From the NCBI GenBank assembly GCA_002104945.1, contig MCFH01000006.1, positions 1,116,001 through 1,180,000 of the forward strand: a stretch of DNA of 64,000 bases. Direction: 5' to 3'. How positions within the stretch are numbered: the stretch's first letter is position 1; every line of letters starts with the position of its first letter. Positions 24,001 to 38,742 of this stretch are shown in pieces. This DNA comes from Piromyces finnis finn (lineage: Eukaryota > Fungi > Neocallimastigomycota). A program made the translations under genes and the position numbers. A model generated the notes under the pieces. It was not told the origin of the DNA, searched no databases, and saw only the letters and a program-made list of their open reading frames with translations.

Positions 24001-26985
24001 GGAGAAATATATATATATATATATATATAATCTTTGATTTATTTAATATCATAAATAATATTAACAAAATTTATATTATTTCATCAATACTTTTAGAACA
24101 AGTTTCACCCACTTCAAAATCTTTTGATACAGGTAATATGATACCATTAAATCCAAGAGTTGATGATATTCTCAATAGATTTAAGAAAATATCTTCAGAT
24201 AAAAATAAAAAATATTCAAGACAGGATATGAAAGATTTAATTAGTTTATGTTTGGATGGTGTGGTAAATGCTTAATGAATATTTTAATAATAATAATAAT
24301 ATATATATATACCAAATTTAATTATAAAATAATTATATAAAATCCTTATAACTATCTAAAATTTATTATTTTACTGTTATTATTATAGGAATTAAATTAT
24401 CCTATATTGACAAAGTCATTATATTCCATATTAAAAAATGATATTAATAAAGAATGGACTTCATACTTCCCTGAAAATACAGAAAATATTGATGAAGTTA
24501 TTAATCAATATTTGAATAACCCGATTGTTATGTTATTTGATGAACTGAATAAAATGCTTTTTAAAGAGAATAAAGAAATTGATGATTATAGTAAACCGAT
24601 GATTAAAAACGGTTTACATTTCTTTAAAGATTTATGTAATAGTAGTAAGATAATATCAGCGAGATATCTTCTTAATTTGTTAAGGTTGGCTATATATATA
24701 TGTATATAATCTATGTAAGGAAATATATTATTAATGATATTTTTTTAAATATTAAATATTATTATAATTAATTATATTCAGAGATATTTTGTGGAATAAA
24801 TCAAGTGAATTTGACTCAATTAAAAAATACTTGGATTTCTTGTATAGTATAGAGGAAAATAATAATGGTTATAATAGTGCTAGTAGTAGTAATAATAACA
24901 ATATTAATTCAAATAGTTCATCAAATAATTTAAATTCAAATATTAATAGTCAAAGTTATTCAGAATTAGTGATAAATGATGTACAAGTAAGTTTTTTTTT
25001 TAAGTATATATTGATTATGCCTATATAATTAAATAAAAATACAATATTTTATTTATTTATTTTTATTTTTAAAATTAAGACTTTACAAGAAGAGGATTCA
25101 GAACTTTTTTTAATATTAATACCAGTGTTCTGTTCCTATTTCAGTGATGTTGTAATTGGAAATGAAACATTTATATATCTTATTGTTTCAGTATTGGATC
25201 CAATTTATGTAAATATAATATTTATTTTATGTATTTATAATTATTAAGAAATTATTAAAAATTATATTTAATTTGCATTTTATTTCTTAATTTACATTAG
25301 TGCAATAAAATATCATATGATCTCAATATGCATAAATATACATTATTTAATAATATAAATAATATATCAAAAGTCATAGGTAAGTATCACTTTTTTATTA
25401 GGATATTTAAATATTTATTTCTAATAATTTTATTATTATTATTATTATTATTATTTTAAATTAAATATAGAAAAATCATTGGAATGGGAATCTTATGAAC
25501 AAAGTTGCTTATGGACTTTTATAATTTCTGAATTTGGTTATTATTTAGATAATAATAAATATTTATTGCAATTATTTATTGATGAAAAAGTTAAATTTAC
25601 AAAAGGTAAGAAAAAAAAAAAAAAAATAATTGTTTGTAATAATATTATATAATCAAAATTTAAATATATGTTTAGTTTTTTTTATTGTTATATATTAATA
25701 ATTAATTATACTAATTTTTAAAAATAGATAATATTGAAGCATTAAATGGTATTTCACAATTAGCAAAATCATTATCACCAAGCAAATCAGTTATTAATTT
25801 AATTTTAAGACAACCAACTGTTCTTTTTTCAAATTGTTTTATATTTGTATTAAATTATTGGTTAATTTCTAATAATGAAGAATTAGAGGCATTTTTAAAG
25901 AATGCATTAGTAGATTTTCGTCAACACCATAAATATAATGATAATAATGCTAAATCAAAAGATGGAAAAGTTGATAGTCAAGGTATATCCTTTGAAGATG
26001 AAATATTCCATAGTGATAATGAAAATGATAATGATTACATGAAATTTAATGCGGATATTTATAAAGATGATGTAAATGAGGAAAGTGATGACGATAGTGA
26101 TGCATCAAATGATAATTTAATAACAAAAAGAACTAATAAAAAGAAATCAGTTAAACCAATTGATGATAGTGATGAAAGTTTTGATAAAGATGATGATACA
26201 GATCTTATTAATATTGAAAGTGATGATGAAATTGATATATTAGAGAATGCTGCTTCTAAAAAAGAAAAAAATTTAGGATTTGAAAATGATGAAGATGAAC
26301 TCTTTCTTTATGGAGATGAAGCTATGACTACAGATACAGCTATTGCCATGCCAAATACTATGTTAACTAATAAAAATAAGACAGAAGTGAACGATTTAAT
26401 AAAATTAAAGGAAAAATCCAAGAAAATAAAGAGTGAAAATAAAGATTATACCCCAGCAGAAATTAATATTGTATTGGAAAATATTCGTCAATGGAAAAAT
26501 AATTTAAATCAAATAAAGAAGAATTTAATTAATTTAAAGAGAAGTGAATTAGAATTACAAGGTCAGTTTGCAAATAAATATTAATTTTTTTTTTTTAAAT
26601 AAATAAATAAATATATATATAATAAATATATATTTAAATATTCATTATTTTTTTTTTTTTTTTATATAAAAAAATATTAAAAAGCCTATGATTTATTTAA
26701 TAATTCCGAGTTAATTACTGATATTACTTCATTGATTTATGAGTTTTCGTTACAATCTCAATTTAAAGATTTATTAATACAGGAAAATGGTATTTTTTTT
26801 TTTTTTTTTTATATATAATTAAAAATAAATTTGAATTATTTATAATATTAATATATAAATTATATTTTAACCAAATTTTAGATATTATAAAAATGGATGA
26901 GATTGTAGAATCTGACGATTCTGATGAAAGTTTAATAACTTCATCTAATAAAAGAAAAAGAATGACCATATCAGATAGTGAATAA
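21061..26985 (+). CDS. INTS3: Integrator complex subunit 3 / SOSS-A homologue, multi-exon
   Basis: Exons DVIRYICCVIYPTNKILQSPIVPR, LLFDWLMFEPSKKDSVMNIEPAI and ATLINFL parallel the recalled human INTS3 DLIRYICGVVHPSNEVLSSDILPR / [22 protein letters not shown]. Terminal exons 26685-26790 and 26883-26985 join in phase. Internal exon ends not all resolved. Confidence 0.85.
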
Positions 26986-27758
26986 TGGAAACATTTATCT
27001 TCTATTTATTGAAAGCTTGTTAATATCAATGATTTTTAGTAATTTTATATCTACTTGTCAAATGAAAAAGAGAAAAAAAAACTTTTTTTTTTTTTAAAAT
27101 TTTAAATAATGCATACTACATATTATATACCATTTATTATAATTATATATGATTTTTTATAGTATATTATTGTTACTCATATATATTAGAATTTTTTCAT
27201 TGTATTACGAAATAAAAGCTTTAAATAACAAATAAACAAATAATATATAATCATTATTATTATATATATATATTTTTTTAAAAAAAGTGATATATTCAAT
27301 ATATTTTTTTTTTAGCCTATTATTAAAATGCTTATAAATATATTTAGAAATATTATTATTATCATCATTTTCAATGATTTAAACAGCAAACATGATTTTT
27401 TTTTTTTAATGTCTTACAATATGAGGATGTTATTTTATTTTTATTTTTATTTTTATTTTTTTTTCTTTTTATTTTTTTTTAAATTGTTTTATTAAAATAG
27501 ATTAAGTTATATATAAACAATTTATTCTTTATTTTTTTATTAATATTTTGAATGGATTTTCTTTTATTATTTATTATTAATATTGTGCTTTATTTTATGT
27601 TTTTAAAATGGATTTTTTTTTTTCTTTTTATATTTTACATAAAATAAATTTAAATGTATATTGCTTATATTATTTGCTTAGTTTTTTAATATTTACTATA
27701 AACATAATAATAATATTATTTTCTTTTTATGCTATTATTAATTATTAATTAATAACAT

Positions 27759-28839
27759 TTATTTGAAAGTTGGAATAGAATCTATATAGTTAAAAAAAAA
27801 AAAAGTAAAAGATTAGTTATATATATTGAATATAATTTAATTAAAATTAGATTTATAAATGATAGTTTATTTTATTTACCAGTTCCGAGGAAGTCTTCAA
27901 AACCAAGACTACAATCATTACCATTTAAAATATCCATACCGACGTTGTTGAATTCTGGGTGGAGTTGACGTGGAGCACGGTTAACCTAATGATAAATTAT
28001 ATTTAGATATTATACGATATAAAGAAATAATTATTTAATTAAGTTTTCTTATTATATCCATAATTTTATTTTTATATATAATTAGTAATAAAAAATATTA
28101 ATATTTACTTGTGAAACAATAGCTTTTTCCATTTGTAAACGAATTGGAACATGCATACCAAAAGTATTACGTAACATGGTCATTTGAAGTCTATCTTGAG
28201 TAGCATCCCACTTATATTTGTATTAAAATTTAGTTTTAATTATAAATTGAAATTTGTTATATGAAATAAAATAAAAACAATTTTGTAATTAATATAATTA
28301 ATTTCAATTTTTCTTTAAATTGTTATGCCATAATGATCATATTTTTAAATGAAATTTCATAATATTCTTGATCAATACTAAATTATATATTTACGTTTTC
28401 TAATCTGGCTTGAAGTGGGTGAGCTGGTAAAACTTCATCAACTAACTTTCTTGGACCGTATCTGAAAGTATCATGAACACCATATTCCTTATTTAAAGTG
28501 TCAGAAACTGACTTGGTGACAGTCTTTTCGTTAGCTTTTGGAACAATTCTATATGAATTCTAATAATCAATATAATAAATGTATTGTACACATGTAAATT
28601 ATTAATTATTTCTTATTATAAATAAAATAAAATTAATTTTAAAAAAAAATTTGAATTTTGATTTCTAGAATTTATAATTAATTGAAAATTGAAATTTTTA
28701 TTTTTTTAAATTTCATCTTATTAAAACATATTATTTTAAAAAATAACCAAATTTTATAGTTATTTTTGTATATCAAAATAAAATAAAATAAAATAATAAA
28801 AAAAAAAATATATATATATATATATATTCTTATTACCAT
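27759..28839 (-). CDS. UMP1: Proteasome maturation factor UMP1/POMP
   Basis: Exons read NSYRIVPK...GVHDTFRYG...HPLQARLEN / MLRNTFGMHVPIRLQMEKAIV / MDILNGNDCSLGFEDFL. First exon appears to be ATG only; last exon (27759-27781) is tentative. Confidence 0.85.
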
Positions 28840-29838
28840 GATTATTATTGATTTTTAAATTAAATTTTAAAAAATTATTTTAATTTTCAATTAATGTTGT
28901 AAAAATCTATACTGTTGTATTAATAAATTATGAAAGATGTAAAGTCCAGTTTCGTATCAAATATTTTTAATAATTAGTTTAATTACAAATTTTATATATA
29001 AAATTAAATAGAATAAAAAGAATTAAAAAAATTGTTAGTATATTAATTGTTATGAATTTTACATTTTTAATTATAAAATAGAAAAATTAATTTTTAATAG
29101 ATAATATTCTTTATTATTTTTCTTTTATTAATTTCTATTTAATTTCTATTGCTTTACTTTTATAATAATGTATATAAATAAATTATGTTTCCTTTTAATG
29201 ATTGATTATACCTTTTACAATATTATTAAAAAAATTATTTAATAAAATATTTTTTTAAACTAAATTTTTGTTTAAATTATAAATATTAATTTAATTAAAT
29301 TTATAGTATGTATATTATTCAATTTTAATTAATAAATATTATAATTAATTATTTTGTATAAAAAATATTTACAATATAATCAATACTGTAATTAATAATT
29401 ATAATTAATATTCATTTCTATATAAATATATAGCAAAATGTATAATACAACAAAAATAATAACATTTAATAGTGCCTTATAAAATATAAATTTTTCTTTT
29501 TTTTTTTAAAAAAAAAAAAGAAAAAAACAACAACAACTATGAATTGTATATATACTTATTTATTTCATAATAAATATACATATTCTAACATATTATAATT
29601 TTTTTTTATAAATTCCTTTTTCGATTATTTTATTTTAAAGATAAATTTAATGAATAATATTTTCTATTATCAAATAAGGCTTAATTTTAAAGTTGCAATA
29701 TCAAACTAATTAAAATAATTAATGTTATGAAATTATTAAATAATACTTGATGATATAAAAAAATGAAAAAAAAAAATATTTTTAAAAATAAATAGTATTT
29801 TTCTAATTGAGTTAAAAAAGATGAATGATAATAATAAT

Positions 29839-31984
29839 TTATGTAAACTTTTTGTTGGTATTGGTAAAACCACTACCAACACAAGTAAGTAATACAGTTT
29901 GGTTTTCTGAATCAGGTTTAATTTTATATGTTATACCAAAGAATGAACGAATATCTCTTAAAAGTTGAATACTTTATAATTATTAGATTAATTTGAATTA
30001 GTAAAGTAAAAATATATTGATTAGTATTTTTATTTTTTATTTTTTTTTTAATTAAAATATGATAAATTTTTATTAAATACTTACGAAACTTTAGTTAATT
30101 TCGATATTCTTATTTTACTAACATCTTCTGGAGTTAATACCATTAATAGTATATTTATCCATTGAGAGAAGGTATCTACAGAACCACCTTTTCTTATTTC
30201 TGTTAATAAATATTTTAATGCTTGTTTTCCTAAGTCTTCTGGAGTTTCAAAGTTAAATAATGCAGGCTTTTCTGGTTCACCATTTTCACTTGATTGTTGT
30301 TTTTCGAAACTACATTCAGCCGACAATAAAGCTCCAGTTGTAGTTTCTGCAACAAGACTTAATCCATAACCAGGTGAACTAAAATTATAAAAATGTTTAT
30401 TTAAAAGATGAGTTTAACTTTTACATTTAATTATGTATATTTTATTTTTAACATAAAAAATATAAAATAAAAATCTGTATATTAAAGAGTATTTCTATTA
30501 TTTAATAGATAGTAAATGTTAACCCAAAAATTAAAAAAATTAACAATGAAACTTACTTTCCACTTTCAGCACCCTTATAGACATCGGTATAAATATAAAC
30601 ATCTGGAATGTAATGGGTAAGTTGAGAACGAGCAACTTCTGTAACTCTATTTGCCATTTGTGGAGAAACTCTAGTAGCATATGCAATACCACGAATACGC
30701 TTAATTCTACCTTCATCGATATATTGTACAGGTTTTATTTGTTTTACAATAGGACAACTGAATTTAACTTCACCACCACCATTTGGTGGAGCTCCACGCT
30801 TGACAATCTTTAATTCTATACCATTTTCTATACCAAAACGTTTTAATTGTGGAAGAAGAACAGTTCTTATTAAATCAACCTTTATTATTTTTATTAAAGA
30901 AGTAATTATTATTAACATTTATATCAAATGAATTAAATTAATTATGAAATAATGTGAATTAGAAATTTAATTGATTTCAAATAATTATAAAAAAGAAAAC
31001 AATAATTTAGAAATAATAATAATAATAACAATAATAAAACTTACAGATATATCAACATTGTCATTAGTAATACCATGTAAAGTGATATTTAAAGGATTCT
31101 TTGCAAATGGTGCTAAAACAATTAAAGGTTCTAAAAAGTAGCCAATTGCTCTTGAGTTACCACAATCAAAATTGATTTTTCCACCACTAATAATACCTGG
31201 CTTGTAAATTAAACTGGTACCAGAGTAATTAATATCAAATGAACTACCATTTGTTACTTGTTCTAATAAATGAAGAAAGGCAGCTTCATGTTCTATTTTT
31301 TTAAAAAAATATGAAATCAGAATAAAATTCATAATTATATATAAAAATGATAAATTAATTAATATTAATTAAAAATCTTATAATAATGAAATTATAATAA
31401 TTTATAAATGTGCTTTTTATTTTTATTTTTAATCTTTAAAATTATTTCACAATATTTGTACTGGGTATATTTAATTGTCTAAAGTGTTTATTCAATAATA
31501 ATTTAATTGTAATCCAGAAATAAATATAATATTATAGTAATTAATTATTGCATTATCGAAGTTTTATAATTTATTTATTGAAATGAAAAATTTTATATTA
31601 AATTATTAAAGATATTTTAATTGCTATAAGTATTGTAAATTTCTTATAAAATTACAAATAATTGAAATTAGCATACTAATTTTTAAAAAATGTAAAATTT
31701 AGTAACATTTTATATATATATATATTAATGAAAATGTCTTATTTTATAGTTTGTTGATATGAGCTTTTAATCCTATCAATGTGACTATATTTGTTTTGAT
31801 ATAAATGTGATTCTTTAAAAATTTAAATAGAAATCCTTTCATTTATTGTACCTTGTAAACCAGGATTATCTTCTTCAGAACGAATTTTATCAATTTTAAT
31901 TGGTTTTCCTGTAAGAGTTGCTAAAACAAGTCTTTGAGTAATAAATTGATGTCCTGAAAATTTTATATAATTTGCACCAGACAT
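29839..31984 (-). CDS. RCL1: RNA 3'-terminal phosphate cyclase-like protein (18S rRNA processing)
   Basis: MSGANYIKFSGHQFITQRLVLATLTGKPIKI, IVKRGAPPNGGGEV, SPGYGLSLVAETTTG, C-terminal IQLLRDIRSFFG...LTCVGSGFTN; GT-AG introns. Confidence 0.93.
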
Positions 31985-32215
31985 TTTAAATTATTATTAT
32001 TTTTTTTTAATATAAATTTTGAATTAAGTTTTTTTTATAAAATTATAAAAATTATTAGAAAATTTATTTTAAATATAATAATAAATAAAAGATAGATATT
32101 AAATGGTATAATTTATATATAATATCGAATAAATTATATATAAATTTTAAATGTATATTAAGAAATTCAACTTCTCAAATAAATGAAAGAAATTCAATAA
32201 AATTTTAAAGTATAA

Positions 32216-32246
<31 letters not shown>

Positions 32247-32400
32247 GATCAAATATAATAATAAAAAAAAAAATTTTAAAAAATTTTAATTTTATAATTA
32301 TTAAACTATTTAGTATGTATAATAAATATTTATTATTAATATTAAAAATAATTTTTTAAAAAAAATGAAAAAAAAGTTAAGATGGAAAAATCAAAATATG

Positions 32401-32440
32401 ATTGGATAAAATTGAAATTTTAATTTTTTCATTGGATAAA
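32401..32440. promoter_or_regulatory. Two CCAAT boxes (ATTGGATAAA) 30 bp apart in the RCL1/URA3 divergent intergenic region
   Basis: Identical 10-mers at 32401-32410 and 32431-32440. Confidence 0.4.
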
Positions 32441-32454
32441 TAATGTATTGAAAT

Positions 32455-32560
<106 letters not shown>

Positions 32561-32696
32561 AGTATTAAAATTTTGTTTGGTAATACAAAACAAACAAAAA
32601 AAAATTAAAAATTTATGTAAAAAAAAATTAATTTTTTTTCTTTACAAAAATAACATTTGTAATTAAATAATTTATTAATATTTTAAATTATTAAAA

Positions 32697-33932
32697 ATGG
32701 CTCCTTCCTTTTTAACTCAAACTTACTCTGAAAGAGCAAAGGTTAACGATAATGCTTGTGCCAAGAAATTATTAGAATTAATGGATAAAAAAAAGACTAA
32801 TTTATCTGTTGCTATTGATGTTACTAAGAAAGACGACATTATTCGTATTGCCGATTTACTTGGTCCATATATCTGTGTCTTAAAGGTAATTTTATTAGAT
32901 ATCATTAAAGAATAATAAATATTTCATATTTAATATTGAAATTAATATTTAAGTTTTTATTGATGTATAAAAACATAAAAGACTCATATTGATATTGTTG
33001 AAGATTTTGACATGGAACTTGTTGAAACTCTTAAGCAATTAGCTCAAAAGCATGAATTTTTAATCTTTGAAGACAGAAAATTCGCTGATATTGGTAATTG
33101 TTCAATACTTTAAAATTTTATTCTTTATTTCAATTATTCCAATTTTTAAACATTTATATATATGAAGTCATATGATTAATAATTAATTACAATTCAATTA
33201 AGTATACTTCTTTTTCAATTAAAAGTGTCATATTAATTATAATGATTGTTGATTTTAATAATAACGATAGTAATCCAAAATATTGAAAAAAAAAGAGAGA
33301 AAAAATTAAATAAAAATAAAAAACGACAATTATTATTAAATGAAATTTCTCAATGATTTTTTAATTCATAAAATAATTAATATTTTTATTTTAATAATAA
33401 ATAATATTACGCTATAGGTAACACTGTTAAGCATCAATACGAAGGTGGTGTTTACAAGATTGCTTCATGGTCTGATATCACTAATGCTCACCCAATTCCA
33501 GGTGAAGGTATTATTAAGGGTTTAAAGGAAGTTGGTCTTCCATTAAACCGTGCTTTATTACTTCTTGCTGAAATGTCATCAAAGGGTACTTTAGCTAAGG
33601 GTCAATATACTTTAGATACCATTGAAATGGCCAAGAGAAACACCGATTTCGTTATCGGTTTTATTGGTCAAAATCGTATTTATGATAATGGTGACAATTC
33701 TCAAGATTTCCTTTACCTTACTCCAGGTGTTGGTTTAGAAACTAAGGGTGATTCTCTTGGTCAACAATACAGAACTCCACATCAAGTTATTGTTGAAAGT
33801 GGTTGTGATATTATTATTGTCGGACGTGGTGTTTACGGTGCTAAGGATGATGCTGAAATTAAGGAAAGAGCTGAAAAATACAGAAAGGCTGGTTGGGATG
33901 CCTACTTAGAAAGAATTGGTCAAAGCCAATAA
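32697..33932 (+). CDS. URA3: Orotidine-5'-phosphate decarboxylase, 3 exons
   Basis: [43 protein letters not shown] and IIVGRG motifs. Confidence 0.97.
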
Positions 33933-35100
33933 ACTTTAAAGTTATTAAATATTAAAAATAAAAATTTCATATTACATTAATAAAAATGTAATAGTTATTA
34001 TAATTTATTTATTGTAATTAGTAATATTTTGAAGTATATATATATATATATATATATATAAAGGTATTAAATAGCCGTTTAACTTCAATAAAAAATATAA
34101 TTAAATAAAAATAAAATAAAAAAAAATAAAATAAAATAAAATAAAAATAGTAAAAAAAAAAAAAAGAAAAAGAAAAAAAGAATTAAATTATATATTTTGT
34201 GTTTGTTTGTTTCATTATTTCTCTTAATTTTCAGAAAAAAGTCAAGTATTAATCTAAATTTTATTTTATTTTACTTTAACTATCACCTATATTTATTGTA
34301 TAGTCTATATTTTTAAAGTTTCTAATATATATTATTACCATGGTTTTTTTTTCATTTATTAAAAAATAAAATAATTAAAACAATTAAATTATTAGGTGAC
34401 TGAATTATTATCTATATAATTCTAATAAAGTATATGTTTTCTTTATTATTTATTTAGTAGTGACAGTAACAGAAAATATATTCAATATTAATTTACAACT
34501 TATCATAATATTTATCATAACACTCTTGTGTTACTATGAACCTAATTTATTATAATTAAAAAATATAATAATAGATTTTGTAATAAGTATAACAAATATG
34601 ATTGGCTATAATATAATTAAAAACACAGAAAATAATTAAAAAATATATTTATGAAAAATGAATGAAAAAAGAAATTAAATTATTAATAGTATCACTAATT
34701 ATTATGGAAATTAGTACAATTAAAATAAGTAAATTTCAAAAAAGTAATGTTCAAAGTAGTTAATTACTAAATATTATTAACTATAATTTTAATATTAGTA
34801 CCCAGTAACATTAATTACTATAAATTTTATTTATTACATTTTTCTTTTAATATTTTTTATTTTAATTAATGTTTATATACTCAAAACATTTGAAATTGAA
34901 TTTTCTTGAATTAAGTTTATTTATAAATAAATCTTAAATATTGTATATAGGTTACTACAATAATAATAAACTGTATCTATATATTACTAAAATATGAAGA
35001 TTTTATTTTTAATTTTTTATATCTATTGTAATATCTCTATTATTAAATTAAATAAGAAAAAATATTTATTTTTATTTATGAATGTACTTTTTTTAAATTA

Positions 35101-35949
35101 TTATTCTAGTTGGGTTGAAATATCACATTCGTTTGTTTGAATTATTTCTTTGTTTTGGGATAAAATATCTTTTAAATTATCCCTATTTGAAGATTTTAAA
35201 CTATCATTACTTGTTTTTTCTGATAAAGTCTTAATTGTTAAACTAGACATTTCTTCCTCTTCATTTTCTTCTTCTATAATTTGACTAGATTTTTCTTTTT
35301 TATTTTTATAAAATTGGACTGCTTTATATATAACAATATAAATCAATATAATTGCGGTAAATCCTAAAATTAGTTTTAGTAAATATAATAGCACAATTAC
35401 ATTTCTCTTTCTTTTATTGCTATTATCACTACAGAACTTTTCTGTTGTACAATAACCACTAAAGCAATCATCGTCATTTTCACAGCGTTCATATGCTTTT
35501 CTTCTACACTTTATTATGTATATACCTTGAACATAACTATTACTACATCTGACAACAGGAAATGCTTCATTTGACATACATACATTATTTATACAACTAT
35601 TACTAAAACAATCTGTATTTTTATTACAAACTGGTGTTTTACAGTTTTTATTATTTATTGCTTCCTGAGTGCAAACATCAACAATTAGACCCTTTACTTT
35701 TGCATCTTTATTATAGATAAGAGTAGAATTTGTGTTTGACATGCATTCATCATTACGACAAAAGTATTTATAATAACAATGATTATATATACAACCTTGA
35801 CTATCTTTTGGACAATCTTTTCCCCCTTGACAGTTGTTTATTCCAATTGAAAGAACTTCATCTTTATTTAAAATTTGAGCATTTACATGAAAAATATAAA
35901 ATAAAATATATAAAATATATACTAATAAATAAGATTTAATTCTATTCAT
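35101..35949 (-). CDS. Intronless Cys-rich type I membrane protein (signal peptide, three C-x4-DC-x4/6-C-x4/5-C modules, TM helix, charged tail)
   Basis: 282-aa ORF with hydrophobic N-terminus; CNKNTDCFSNSCINNVC and CENDDDCFSGYCTTEKFC; KRKR followed by a TM segment. Confidence 0.8.
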   Translation of the reverse strand: MNRIKSYLLVYILYILFYIFHVNAQILNKDEVLSIGINNCQGGKDCPKDSQGCIYNHCYYKYFCRNDECMSNTNSTLIYNKDAKVKGLIVDVCTQEAINNKNCKTPVCNKNTDCFSNSCINNVCMSNEAFPVVRCSNSYVQGIYIIKCRRKAYERCENDDDCFSGYCTTEKFCSDNSNKRKRNVIVLLYLLKLILGFTAIILIYIVIYKAVQFYKNKKEKSSQIIEEENEEEEMSSLTIKTLSEKTSNDSLKSSNRDNLKDILSQNKEIIQTNECDISTQLE

Positions 35950-37428
35950 TCTCTCTTCTCTTTATACTGTTATATAATATTTATCTGAAAGCAATTAATT
36001 TACAATATTATTATAAATAAGTATTCGAGTAAAATATATACATATTATTTTTGTTGTAATTATTATAAAATATAATTTGATTTCTTTAATTCATTAATAG
36101 AACTAAACTTTGTTAACTTTTGTTGTTTGAATTTATCATTTATTTTTTTTAAGATGTTTATTTATTTTATTTATTTTTTCTTTATTTATTTTTTTCTTTA
36201 TTTTTTTATTTATTGTTTTTGTTTGTTTTTGTTTTTTTGTTTTTTTTTTCTTTTGGTTTTGTAATTGTATATTGAATTATTTTTTATTTCTTTAAAGAAT
36301 AAAAAATATATCAATTTTTAATTTTTTTTTTTTTTTTTGTTGCCTTATTTTGGATCGATCTTGAATTTATTAATTAATCTTATCTTATTTATTAAAAAAA
36401 AAAATTAATATATTTTAAGTAATTTTAATTAATATAAAAAAATTTTTTATATTAAAAATGATAATTTAAATTGAACCTAATTATTATATTTTTTTTTTTT
36501 TTGTTTTTTACATAAAGAAGAACATAAAAAAGAAGGAATAAATAAAAATAAAAGTTTATTTTATTGATTAGTACTTTTTTTATTTTATATTTTATATGTT
36601 AGCGAATAGATAACAGACTTTAAATAAAGAATCGTTTTCAGCCGAAATAATTATATTTCTAAATAAATTATTAAGATTAATATTTCATATATATGTTATT
36701 TTAATTTTTACATAATTAATAATAATTAAAAATTAAAGAGACTTTTATAAACTGTTAATTTTATATATAGCATCAAAAAAATACATATATTTAATTTTAA
36801 AATACTTAATAAATAATAACTTTTATGATACACTGATTAAATATAATTAATTATTATGATATTATAGGGCTAAATAATAATAATAGAATTTTATTATTAT
36901 TTGATAAAGTTTAAATAAAATGAGTATGTTATTATACTCATTTTATACTAAAATAATTGAAATGTAGTTTTTCTATAAATATAACTTTTTTAATAATTTA
37001 TTAGTTAATTAAAAAAAAAAGAAAAGAAATAAAGAAACAATTTTTTGTTTTTATATTTGGATTTAGAGATTTTTAGCCTTTTGTCATTAATTTCAATTTA
37101 CATATTTATATTATTTATGTTTAATATTTAATAAATATGAACAATAATATAAATGAATAGAAAATATATAAATTCAAATTATATATCATAAATATATCGT
37201 GAATAGTATGATATAATATATAATTTATTTTATATATGAATGCATTTATTTGCCAAATTTCTTTAAATTTTAGAGTAATATGTAATTATATAAATTGTAA
37301 ATTATTTCTTTTTTTCTTCTGCTTAATTTCAATTTCAGTTATAAAACAAGAAAAGCATAAAAATGGGTTGCTTTGAACATATTATATTATTATATATCCA
37401 AAAAGTTTCTTCGGGTATACTACTTAAA

Positions 37429-37811
37429 AAAATGATGCTTTTACTCTTGCTCTCCTTGAATTCATCTTTACAATTCTTGGTGTCTTAGGAGTTGTTAATG
37501 CTACTTCAAGTGGCCTATCTGCTTTCATTATTTTAATATGCTGTGGTCTTGGTGTTTATGGTATTCAAAAAGATAAACCAAAAGTTACATTTATTTATTA
37601 CATTTACATTATCATATGTGCTTTGATTGCCATTATATTATTTGTATTCTCATTTCTTAGTTTTAGTATTAAATATATTATACTTTCGTTTATATTTTTT
37701 CTTATTTCTTTTTACAATTGGAGAGTTGTTAGTACATTTTACTATCAAATGAAAAATGCTCACGAAGAAGCAGCTGTTGTTGCTGAAACTGAAGCTGCTA
37801 TTAAAACTTAA
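37429..37811 (+). CDS. Small multi-pass membrane protein; 5' end unresolved (in-frame TAA upstream)
   Basis: Open frame NDAFTLALLEFIFTILGVLGVV...ICCGLGVYGIQKDK...NWRVVSTFYYQMKNAHEE. Start needs an A-run indel or an intron. Confidence 0.5.
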
Positions 37812-38742
37812 TCTCGACTCGATATACTATATTGAAATAACATAAAGAAAAAAAAAAAGAATAAAATAAAATGATATCAAAATAATTTATTTCAAAAACA
37901 CTTTTTTAATACAACGTTATTTAATATATTTAAAACTCAATTTTCGAAAATCTTTTTTTTTTTTTTTTTGTATTTTAATTTAAATATAAATATTATAGTA
38001 AAATATGAATGAATTTATTTATAAAAGTAAAAATCATCATAGATATTTCTAACACACGGTTTAGTACTATTCGTCATAACTTCATTGAGTTGCTTCATAA
38101 AATTATTATCAAATAATATTATTATATTTCAGTCTTTTTTGAAAAAGAGTTCAGCCCTTTTTTTTAAACTTTTTTTTTTAACAGTAAAGTCATTATTTAT
38201 ATAAAAATAATATTTATATAATACATTATAATATATATACTATTAATATTAACATTTCACCTATAAATCACCATAAATAACACTTTTAGTAATAAAAAAT
38301 AATTTATTATAACTAAATTATAATTATATTTAAAAGAATTATATCAAATTTATGAAAAAAAAGGTAGATGTATGACTAATAAAAACTAATATATTTCATT
38401 TATTTCAATTAATAAATAATTTAGTTTTTAACTTCAATAATAGTGTCGCTTTTTTAAAGATAATTTAAATATATTTTTTGAATTCAAATATATAAATTTT
38501 TCAAAACTTCATAATCATTTTTATAATAAAAAATCTGAGTAGGAGGTCCATATGAATATTTTTCAATACTGAATTCTCTTAATAATAAATTGATAAAAAA
38601 TAAAAAAAAAAAAATGTGGGTATATACTAATAAAAAATATGTACAATATATATACATATTTTTTAAAGTACAATATATAATATATAATGTACATAATTAA
38701 AATCTATTAATTGCTTATATTAATTTCCACAATTTACTTTTA

